From positions 1 to 31,056 of the IMG/VR virus record IMGVR_UViG_3300037423_000214: DNA of 31,056 bases; one strand, given 5' to 3'. The DNA is from a virus. Its lineage: Duplodnaviria > Caudoviricetes. The notes beneath the pieces were generated by a model. It saw nothing but the letters and a program-made list of their open reading frames with translations. It was not told the origin of the DNA and did not search any database. A program made the position numbers and the translations under genes. Positions within the stretch are counted from its first letter, which is position 1. Every line of letters begins with the position of its first letter. Shown here one piece after another: positions 26,501 through 31,056 of this stretch.

Positions 26501-27996
26501 TGACTCTTGGAATCTATACCTACGTCACTGGCAACAAGGCCAAGAATACGCCGGAAGTCATGCGCGAGGCGATCGATCATGGTTTAGTGCCGATCGGTGG
26601 TCGCGGCGCGCATATGGACATCACCGGAATCATGGACGATCCGACGCTTGAAGTCGGCCGTAGCTGGACAGCCAAGGCATTGGCCGCACCGGTATCGTTG
26701 ATTTCTGAACGTGGCGCACTGCAGGTCAAGAAAGCTGTAGACGCTGCCGGCAAGTTCTGGCACGAGACGCTTCTATGGGATCGCGTGGCCGACCTGCAAA
26801 TGGGCTTGTATGTCTCCATGAAAAATAGCCTCATCAATAAGGGCATGGCTGAGAACGATGCCGCTTACATAGCCGCCCATTTTGCGAACCGCTATGCCGG
26901 CGCGTTGCCGCGGGAATCGATGTCGGAAGGTGCACGTCAATTCCTGAACCTGACACTGTTCTCCCGCACCTTCACCATGGGCAACTTAGGCGCCATGAAG
27001 GATATGATCGCAGGCTTGCCAAAAGACGTGCAGGCGCAGATCAGAATGTCGAGCGGCGAGCTCGCTTTGCAGGCGGCGCAGAGTTTCGCGCGCAAGAAAG
27101 CGATTGCCACGTTTATTATTGACGTCGGCTTGATGTACGTAGCAAACTCGATGTTCCAGGACTGGCTGGAAAAGCAGCGTGGCGACAAGACCTGGACACA
27201 GATCGCCCAAGGCTACAAGGATCGTTATGGAAAGTTGGCAGATAAATTGGCCAAAGATCCTGTAGCCGTTCTGGCGCATCCGTTCAATTCACTGGAAAGC
27301 CTGACTTCTACTGGTGAGAATGAGCCCGGCAAGGAAGAGCGTATCAAGTGGGGCGAAGATTCGACCGGCACGAATATTTATGTCCGCCTGCCGACCGGTA
27401 AGATTGGCGAGGAATTCGCCAATTATGCCGACTTTCCGACTGGCACAATGAAGCAGTTGAAAGCCAAGTTCTCTACCTTCCTACGTCCGTTGTATGAGAC
27501 CGTGACCAATGACAAGGGCGCCGGCCAAAAGGTCTATGATGACAGCAAGGATGCGTCGACTGCCAAGAACATCGGCAAGGTCGTCGTCAACTTCCTGAAG
27601 GCCCAGGTGCCCAGCGATCAGATTGTGGCGGCTTATGATCTATCCACAGGCCACGGCGACGAAATGGATGTCAAGAAGATTGTCGGTCCGTTGTTCGGTC
27701 TGACGTTTAGCAAGGGCGCTCCAGGCGGTCCTGCTGTGGGCGAGATGTATTCCGAAGCGCGGGAACATCAAAACAAAGTCACGCAAATCATGCCAGACGT
27801 GAAACGCGCATTGAAGCTTGGTGACGAGGACAAAGCGCGGGAATTGCTGGAGTCGGTTGATATGACGTCGAAGGAGATCAACACGGTCATTCGCCATATC
27901 GAATCGCCAGAGACAAGACTATCGATGGGGGCGATGAAAAATTACCAGCGCCATGCCACGGAAGAATCAAAAGAGCGGATGCAGAATTACAAGTGA
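20530..27996 (+). CDS. Giant internal virion 'polyvalent' protein: HExxH metallopeptidase, ComF-like phosphoribosyltransferase, GNAT-like domain and LPD38-like C-terminus
   Basis: 2488 aa. HEVYH at 22672-22686 with a downstream E (AGEVMAD); PRPP-binding motif FLIDDTVTQGGT at about 23491-23529; LFIEELQSDW at about 24577-24606; C-terminal YVRLP...LRPLYE..TN. Confidence 0.8.
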   Translation: MNIAEFKSQYPQYEDMSDADLADALHAKYYSDIPKSAFFEQVGLPAKAAEPASPSSNPKIDTVSNPMATDDQPKKGLFDTAVDAVKGVASNVYEGVKHDLGFDEGKSVMDNLPKQAPVDRKGTDNPNLGPLRADYVARMSQQINSLPLDQQADLSKRDDSVGKIAKNVFDRNAQNQSNQAAGVPENLTDAQTAQRVLAQGGDGMQDVGFFESTGRATGEEFAGFGKAINLAVSVPAIVFDKVKSAVTGENSTGAQDWAFKQFVDPTQQAVDWYALKPQERQNFVSKVGSGIGHLLADLPLIIASGGTSEAAPAVEGTVSIWKHLGQSLDHGLTAMRPVMVKAGMDKAEQILNKGGTVEQAIEGGTTAALLTGASGAVPMSLEGSLLKRLASGVPVGMALSEVQRQAQNVVMPDNMQEPFSLENDLVGGVTGALMAGTMGGGNLRPNLSRAELGYRPNRTPMAEAVHEAIPDLQRASDIQPAAERQVINAPESSIADIAKAKSVDEAISSAVKSVPNIDAEAVGLKGDDLARHLEDSKTTIESVADQLKAIRPLEEVRDLDTPKEEERSVVEKNPVESMMAPELERTEPMDMAGETAQFYKPPGLDKAIADGVIPSSVTPLEFKLEPRTLTEREKLEQMRNVAGLNRALSAEGMQAVTPVYEPPSANHAIARAVADAFGAKVQFISGASGFDGVSHRGIAYLSDTMQKPELAISGHEVYHALEQTNPDLAGRLLDQVRAYLHDNVIENRQKWEQEQAGKPVSERYAAGEVMADLNGAMWMDHRFWREMIERDENLFRQVAYRFMEVATKAVDALTGSRFDASALVKDVEVVRSLIAQTWAEHNQARDAARSEFAAERFEPQFSREEPDVIIGFPLGEMVNHPDYQAAKAGSTEAAIRVVRDIVTPEFIAKIRAQIGDEKPIIQPVAAIEASGKNRIPSVAAARIASELVLPVGDQIVQSSSPKRTSLQGLDRVFNRPEFDGEVEAGRSYFLIDDTVTQGGTFAALSDYIDGHGGNVIGMAALTGKQYSARIGLTDLTLGALREKHGDIEQHFQAATGRGFDSLTESEARYLASFKPPESVRDRILQEGQSAHDRNGEAGLSQDEVNQPKFSRTSEENPPFYSHLERQIQQAPAKIDNGPAQQWKAWILSNASKLGIKAEEIKWSGITDYLDLMGKQKVSKEQISEYLAQNGVKVTEIIKGENPEPMRKGRELAESHGHDWESLSIADRRRYTQRANGHSLVEDIPSETKYGKYTLPGGENYRELLLTLPNRIGDKLAELKQRRAAIEEPYQRRGEDLPESVLPEWKSLNKQINELQSQKPTDYSSSHWDEPNILAHIRFNDRTDADGKRVLFIEELQSDWGQEGKKKGFSSVDANKPVVVFDAKTGENVARFKTGAEAEAYITQHDPKMVMLDYEDTTARGGIEKGKIPAAPFVTKTEAWLSLGIKRMIRYAAENGYDRIAFVNGEQSSARYDLSKQVSDLTAKKWDDSGKVGITFTDKNGNTHVAGEFKPDELEGVIGKDMANKVIADLSDASDGTVKKYSGLDLKVGGEGMKAFYDKIVPQTANEVLKRLGGGKVDSSIIKTGNAPDHVVAQYADQPDHPFTKAQRSTNLGFDITPEMRDQAMQGQPLFSRTDQTQEPTERLTDRASAKLSEFMKVPKEFMSDLKLLTVPMAEGTDVARKMAKDYANQERKAQWQWTKFDEILKKNFSEEQRRRMWEAADQENDLRREGRTSDTDGLNSLTPEERETVETLHAYGEALIQRARDNGMFEGEGVPYWTPRMAVMVSESGEYTRPKSGGEGASGDVGRNITTSASSLKHRKYLTSAETEAAMKVRLAEEGKEVQLVRDIRTMPMAMARLERAIAGRELINQIKALGTATGRELVTNAEGPGFFTIDHPAFKSWRPKFVEEDGRMVSARDQSGEMIFEKSPLYISNEFKGPLKAVMSVKPNAVYQGLMTLKSKSMGLIMYSPIIHNAVEWGRAIPAMDTKGKLTLGIYTYVTGNKAKNTPEVMREAIDHGLVPIGGRGAHMDITGIMDDPTLEVGRSWTAKALAAPVSLISERGALQVKKAVDAAGKFWHETLLWDRVADLQMGLYVSMKNSLINKGMAENDAAYIAAHFANRYAGALPRESMSEGARQFLNLTLFSRTFTMGNLGAMKDMIAGLPKDVQAQIRMSSGELALQAAQSFARKKAIATFIIDVGLMYVANSMFQDWLEKQRGDKTWTQIAQGYKDRYGKLADKLAKDPVAVLAHPFNSLESLTSTGENEPGKEERIKWGEDSTGTNIYVRLPTGKIGEEFANYADFPTGTMKQLKAKFSTFLRPLYETVTNDKGAGQKVYDDSKDASTAKNIGKVVVNFLKAQVPSDQIVAAYDLSTGHGDEMDVKKIVGPLFGLTFSKGAPGGPAVGEMYSEAREHQNKVTQIMPDVKRALKLGDEDKARELLESVDMTSKEINTVIRHIESPETRLSMGAMKNYQRHATEESKERMQNYK

Positions 27997-28130
27997 TCGT
28001 AAATAAATAGTCCAATCGCCGCACCGATGATGGTCAGCAAAGCATAACCAACCAAGCTGGCTCGCTTGTGCAGGAGCCAGTAGCTTATGCCGGCAATGCA
28101 GAACATCAGCAAGGCAGTGAGTGTTTTCAA
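27987..28130 (-). CDS. Putative 47-aa two-TM membrane protein (not in the ORF track)
   Basis: Hand translation gives MKTLTALLMFCIAGISYWLLHKRASLVGYALLTIIGAAIGLFIYDHL*. TTG start with no clear RBS; fills the gap between the giant gene and the HNH gene. Confidence 0.45.
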   Translation of the reverse strand: MKTLTALLMFCIAGISYWLLHKRASLVGYALLTIIGAAIGLFIYDHL

Positions 28131-28145
28131 TTATCGAGGAAGTTC

Positions 28146-28448
28146 ATGCGTTCAATTTTCGTTTTGTTGCTCATCATTCCGCAATTCGCATTTGCTCAAT
28201 GCAATCCGCCGCGCGACAAGTACGGGCACATCAAGCGCAGTAAGACCGTGCTGTCACATTTCCGCAAAACCGTGCCATGCCCGGCGACCGGCAAAACGGG
28301 CAAGCGTTGTGCTGGCTACGTCATTGATCACATCAAACCACTCGCATGCTGCGGATCTGATTCCGTCGACAACATGCAGTGGCAGACCGTTGCCGAAGCC
28401 AAGGCGAAGGATCGCTGGGAGCGCAAGGCTTGCGGCGCAAGCGACTGA
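28146..28448 (+). CDS. HNH-like endonuclease with an N-terminal signal peptide
   Basis: Start revised to ATG 28146 (GAGGA RBS). Signal peptide MRSIFVLLLIIPQFAFA|Q; HNH-type core YVIDHIKPLACCGSDSVDNMQWQT; six Cys. Confidence 0.72.
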   Translation: MRSIFVLLLIIPQFAFAQCNPPRDKYGHIKRSKTVLSHFRKTVPCPATGKTGKRCAGYVIDHIKPLACCGSDSVDNMQWQTVAEAKAKDRWERKACGASD

Positions 28449-28470
28449 TATATCGACGATCTTTACTATA

Positions 28471-28710
28471 TCAATTCTCCTTGTTCTGCTTGTCGATCCA
28501 GGCTTTAACTTTTTTCTCCATTGTTGAGTAAGCCAGTTCGCGCGTTACGCCCCATGCTTCGCCAAGAGAGGTATTTGATTGATGATCGACAGTTTTATCG
28601 CCGTCATCGGACAATTGATAAAGATAATTGAGTTTGGCGACGTAGCTATAGTTGCTACCAATTGGATTGTCTAATTTTTCGACTTTGATTGAATAATCAA
28701 ATTTTTTCAT
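28471..28710 (-). CDS. AT-rich hypothetical protein, weakly HicB-like
   Basis: 79 aa with GGAAGAG RBS, visibly AT-rich. G..WG.T.E.A......V..WI resembles the HicB N-terminal motif. Confidence 0.6.
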   Translation of the reverse strand: MKKFDYSIKVEKLDNPIGSNYSYVAKLNYLYQLSDDGDKTVDHQSNTSLGEAWGVTRELAYSTMEKKVKAWIDKQNKEN

Positions 28711-28728
28711 TTCTCTTCCCGTGCCTTG

Positions 28729-28758
28729 ATTTTAATCACTGCCAATATTGCCAGTCGA
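28729..28758 (-). promoter_or_regulatory. Candidate sigma70 promoter with an overlapping palindromic operator
   Basis: The minus strand reads TCGACT-N18-TAAAAT. The near-perfect 18-bp palindrome ACTGCCAATATTGCCAGT lies at 28738-28755. Confidence 0.35.
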
Positions 28759-28787
28759 ATCATACACTTGTCGGCGGCTTTGCCTGG

Positions 28788-28822
28788 TTATCCACAGATT
28801 CATTCACAGGAATTGTGGATTG
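28788..28822. promoter_or_regulatory. Cluster of three DnaA-box-like 9-mers
   Basis: TTATCCACA (28788-28796, consensus), TCATTCACA (28800-28808) and inverted TGTGGATTG (28814-28822). Confidence 0.55.
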
Positions 28823-29003
28823 AGCGAGTTACGTGATCAAGGACAGTCACGACCTTTTGCTCGAATATCTGCGTTATTGTGACCTCATGCCCAGGATTGA
28901 TTTTCATGATAACCCTTGTGGCGTCAGAGGAAATTTCTACAGGTTCGCGCAGGCTGTATTCTTTCCCATCATGCGTGATCGATCTCAGGATTGTGCTCAT
29001 CAT
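28800..29003 (-). CDS. Hypothetical protein
   Basis: 67 aa, GAGGA RBS, overlaps the stop of the upstream - strand gene. Confidence 0.55.
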   Translation of the reverse strand: MMSTILRSITHDGKEYSLREPVEISSDATRVIMKINPGHEVTITQIFEQKVVTVLDHVTRSIHNSCE

Positions 29004-29476
29004 TCCTCCTTAATCACTTTGGTGCCGGCCTTAATAATCGCGCCAGGATCGCTTGATGCGCTCCATGTAGCGCCTACTGAAAAAGCTTTTCCTTCGCCTG
29101 TAGATTGCAAAGGAGAGGAAGCTTCCGATCTTACCGCCTCCCACTTGCAACCCAAAGACGTGCCGCTTTTCATGAGCTTGCCGTCAATCCATTTGTAGAT
29201 GGACCCGCCCACAATTGCGACACCTTGCATTGGCCGACTTAAAAATTCATCGGCTTGCTTTTCTCTGAACGCTTCTTTCTCGGCCTCGGCTTTTGCTTCT
29301 TCCTCTTCCGTGGTTGTGAATTGATATTCACCACCATTCAAGGCTGAGCAAATGGTAATGGCATTCTCCTCGCTAAAGCATTCGCAGATCGATTCCGAAT
29401 CATCCTCTGTATCAACGATGGTATGCGTAAAGCAGCAATGGCCGCTCTCCGATTTCCTGGTGATTTTGTAACGCAT
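29000..29476 (-). CDS. Hypothetical phage protein
   Basis: 158 aa, GGAGGA RBS, coupled to its neighbours. The N-terminal segment S.S.HCCF..TIVDT...ICECF....A..IC.ALN is Cys-rich. Confidence 0.7.
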   Translation of the reverse strand: MRYKITRKSESGHCCFTHTIVDTEDDSESICECFSEENAITICSALNGGEYQFTTTEEEEAKAEAEKEAFREKQADEFLSRPMQGVAIVGGSIYKWIDGKLMKSGTSLGCKWEAVRSEASSPLQSTGEGKAFSVGATWSASSDPGAIIKAGTKVIKEE

Positions 29477-29844
29477 TATTCCTCCGTATCCGGCACTTCA
29501 TGGCCGAACGTTTTGTAGATGTATGCGCGCATTGCCGCGATGAGTGGAGTTGGGCCAATGCCAATCCTGTTTTCCTGCAGGATCTCATCCTCGCAATACG
29601 CAGCCCAGCCTTCCAACCCTGGCGCAGGCCCGTTTAAGTCAATTATCTCGCGCTCGATGATCGGGCCGCCATATGCCCAGTTCGACGAATATTCTTTTAT
29701 CGTTACCCACTTCGATGCAGCGATAAGGCGTTGCATATCATCCGCTCTCACCATCGGCCGGCCGTCGATCAAAGTCGGGGTTAGCCCTTCAGCTTTCGCC
29801 ACCCAGTAATCAAGCCTCGCGCCGGTCAGTTCGGATACCTTCAT
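29476..29844 (-). CDS. DUF2591 / NinX-like phage protein
   Basis: Pattern MKVSELTG..LD.WVAKAEG...YSSNW..GGPIIERE.I.L...G.TPLIAAMRA.....FG.EV. The start at 29844 overlaps the upstream stop. Confidence 0.8.
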   Translation of the reverse strand: MKVSELTGARLDYWVAKAEGLTPTLIDGRPMVRADDMQRLIAASKWVTIKEYSSNWAYGGPIIEREIIDLNGPAPGLEGWAAYCEDEILQENRIGIGPTPLIAAMRAYIYKTFGHEVPDTEE

Positions 29845-30125
29845 TGCTCGCCCAAGCATTCAAGCGCCTCGTCGATCGCCACATCCAAATCATAATGGAC
29901 GATTTGATATGAGCCGATAGGCGTATCCGGATAGAACGTCAATTCGATGATCGTGTCAGTTTCGATGATTCGCTGCCGAACGTCATCCGGGATATTTGGC
30001 GGGCACTCCCATCGCGCGATTTCGCCAAGCTTTTCTTGTGGTGATTGGTAATAATCGCGATGCTCGTTGACGGTCAAAAATACGCCGCATTTACAGCGTT
30101 CCAGTAGTGTCTTGAGCTTGTCCAT
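29841..30125 (-). CDS. Hypothetical phage protein
   Basis: 94 aa, AAGGA RBS, first gene to the left of attP. Confidence 0.7.
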   Translation of the reverse strand: MDKLKTLLERCKCGVFLTVNEHRDYYQSPQEKLGEIARWECPPNIPDDVRQRIIETDTIIELTFYPDTPIGSYQIVHYDLDVAIDEALECLGEQ

Positions 30126-30142
30126 ATTTTCCTTTTTCGCAT

Positions 30143-30193
30143 AAAAAAACCCACCGCTAGATTAGAAATTGTCTAATATCCAGTGGTGGGTTT
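30143..30193 (-). terminator. Long imperfect hairpin with a U tract downstream of the tRNA fragment
   Basis: The minus strand reads AAACCCACCACTGGATATTAGA-CAATT-TCTAATCTAGCGGTGGGTTTTTTT. Confidence 0.65.
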
Positions 30194-30210
30194 ACATACA
30201 GACGAAGCTG

Positions 30211-30223
30211 TAAGTATTTGATT
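30211..30223 (-). promoter_or_regulatory. IHF binding site
   Basis: The reverse complement AATCAAATACTTA matches WATCAANNNNTTR exactly and lies 4 bp from the att core. Confidence 0.7.
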
Positions 30224-30227
30224 CGAT

Positions 30228-30275
30228 TGGTCGGGGCGGCGTGATTCGAACACGCGACCCCTTGCACCCCATGCA
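30228..30275 (-). mobile_element. att core: 3' 48 nt of tRNA-Pro(GGG)
   Basis: The minus strand reads TGCATGGGGTGCAAGGGGTCGCGTGTTCGAATCACGCCGCCCCGACCA. This is the anticodon loop, the T arm (GCGTG-TTCGAAT-CACGC), the acceptor 3' strand and CCA; the 5' half is absent. Confidence 0.9.
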
Positions 30276-30400
30276 GAGCTATATCGGATGGAAACGCACG
30301 ACTGGTGCGGGTTTGCCGTTTGTGTGTCTAATATACAGTGCTTTTTCATTTACCTTGCATGCCCCATAAACTGGGGTTTCGTGGGTTCAGATTAGACAGA

Positions 30401-30757
30401 TTAATGCCAGTACAGGGCAATCTTTGTATCGTCCGGCAGCTCCTGCAAATACGACCATGCAGCTCGATTTCTTTGGTCGCCGACCACATCGTCATGGTGC
30501 TCAAGGTGCCTCAGCTCGCCAGCCAGCACATACCTTAATCGGTCCCCGTATGGCGTTTCGATGGTCAAGCCGTAATGCGGCTCCTCGAACTTGTCATCCC
30601 TGCTGAGGTAAGACGAGAAGTTATCGGGGGCTAGCCGAATGTTGCTGCTTTCAATCTTGGCAATATCCTGAAACAGATCTGGCGCGCGGCCAAGGGGCAA
30701 AATTGTGAAGCTAAAGTACGGGCCGTCAAACGGCAAAAGTTTGAGGTCAACTCCCAT
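30401..30757 (-). CDS. Hypothetical protein between the integrase and attP
   Basis: Start revised to ATG 30757 (AAGGAG RBS overlapping the integrase end); 118 aa. Confidence 0.7.
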   Translation of the reverse strand: MGVDLKLLPFDGPYFSFTILPLGRAPDLFQDIAKIESSNIRLAPDNFSSYLSRDDKFEEPHYGLTIETPYGDRLRYVLAGELRHLEHHDDVVGDQRNRAAWSYLQELPDDTKIALYWH

Positions 30758-30759
30758 TG

Positions 30760-31056
30760 CTACTCCTTCCATGGCAATTTCATGTCAATCTCGGACAGCT
30801 CCGGGATCACGTCTTTAATGTAGATTTCGCTGGTCTTGCTCGATGTGTGCACCAGGCGCTTGCGAATCTCGTCCTTCTCCTCGCCGGTCCTCGCGGCGTC
30901 AGTGGCGGCCAGCGCACGCAAGTCGCGGAACTGGATGCGTTCCTCTGGTGGCGAATCCTTGTCGATTCCGAGCCTGTCGCGCGCGCGGTCCCACATCGAG
31001 AATAACCCCGATTTCGTGTAGGCGCCGCCTTTCCGAGTGCAGAATAGGTAAGGGCT
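30760..31056 (-). CDS. int: Tyrosine recombinase/integrase, C-terminal part (truncated by the window edge)
   Basis: The frame is open from the window end: SPYLFCTRKGGAYTKSG...W...IQFRDLRALAATD...LVHTSSKTSEIYIK. It has box II-like xDLR, LxH and the catalytic Tyr, and sits next to the att core. Confidence 0.85.
   Translation of the reverse strand, partial: SPYLFCTRKGGAYTKSGLFSMWDRARDRLGIDKDSPPEERIQFRDLRALAATDAARTGEEKDEIRKRLVHTSSKTSEIYIKDVIPELSEIDMKLPWKE

Larger units (their letters stand above)
30159..30398. repeat. Putative integrase arm-type sites flanking the att core
   Basis: TGTCTAATAT at 30170-30179 and 30325-30334. Inverted copies (AGATTAGA) start at 30159 and 30389. Confidence 0.7.

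Noticed and set aside
26950-26975. A fourth FSR (TLFSRTF) in the giant protein
   Set aside because: It lacks the [Q/E]Px prefix and lies in a hydrophobic, probably folded segment rather than a linker.
28068-28145. Longer N-terminus for the HNH ORF as given in the track
   Set aside because: ATG 28146 has a GAGGA RBS and exposes a clean signal peptide. The extension looks non-coding on this strand.
30228-30275. Functional tRNA-Pro gene
   Set aside because: The D arm and 5' acceptor strand are missing. Similarity stops in the anticodon stem, so it is an att core only.
30321-30340. Possible LexA box ending in ATATACAG
   Set aside because: The left half-site lacks CTG at the required spacing. 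The sequence is better explained as an integrase arm repeat.
30353-30367. CCTTGCATGCCCCAT, resembling the att core CCTTGCACCCCAT
   Set aside because: The match is short and needs a 2-nt insertion. It cannot be told from chance without comparative data.

Overview
This is 31 kb of a temperate, podovirus-like tailed phage, probably of a betaproteobacterium (inferred from the tRNA-Pro attachment core and the gene families). The + strand (1-27996) is one long late region. It holds a truncated structural gene, portal, scaffold, N4-gp56-type major capsid protein, two related decoration-like proteins, adaptor and nozzle (P22 gp4/gp10-like), tail fibre genes, a C92 amidase and a lysis cassette (two holin-like genes, GH19 endolysin, i-spanin and an embedded o-spanin absent from the ORF track). 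It ends with ejection proteins, the last being a 2488-aa polyvalent protein whose metallopeptidase, phosphoribosyltransferase and GNAT-like modules are separated by three [Q/E]PxFSR motifs. The right end (27987-31056) is accessory. It has a signal-peptide HNH-like nuclease, a hidden two-TM micro-ORF, a HicB-like ORF behind a DnaA-box cluster, small - strand genes, an apparently intact attP (3' part of tRNA-Pro(GGG), IHF site, arm repeats, long hairpin) and the C-terminus of a tyrosine integrase. All family calls come from reading motifs by eye; no database search was run.
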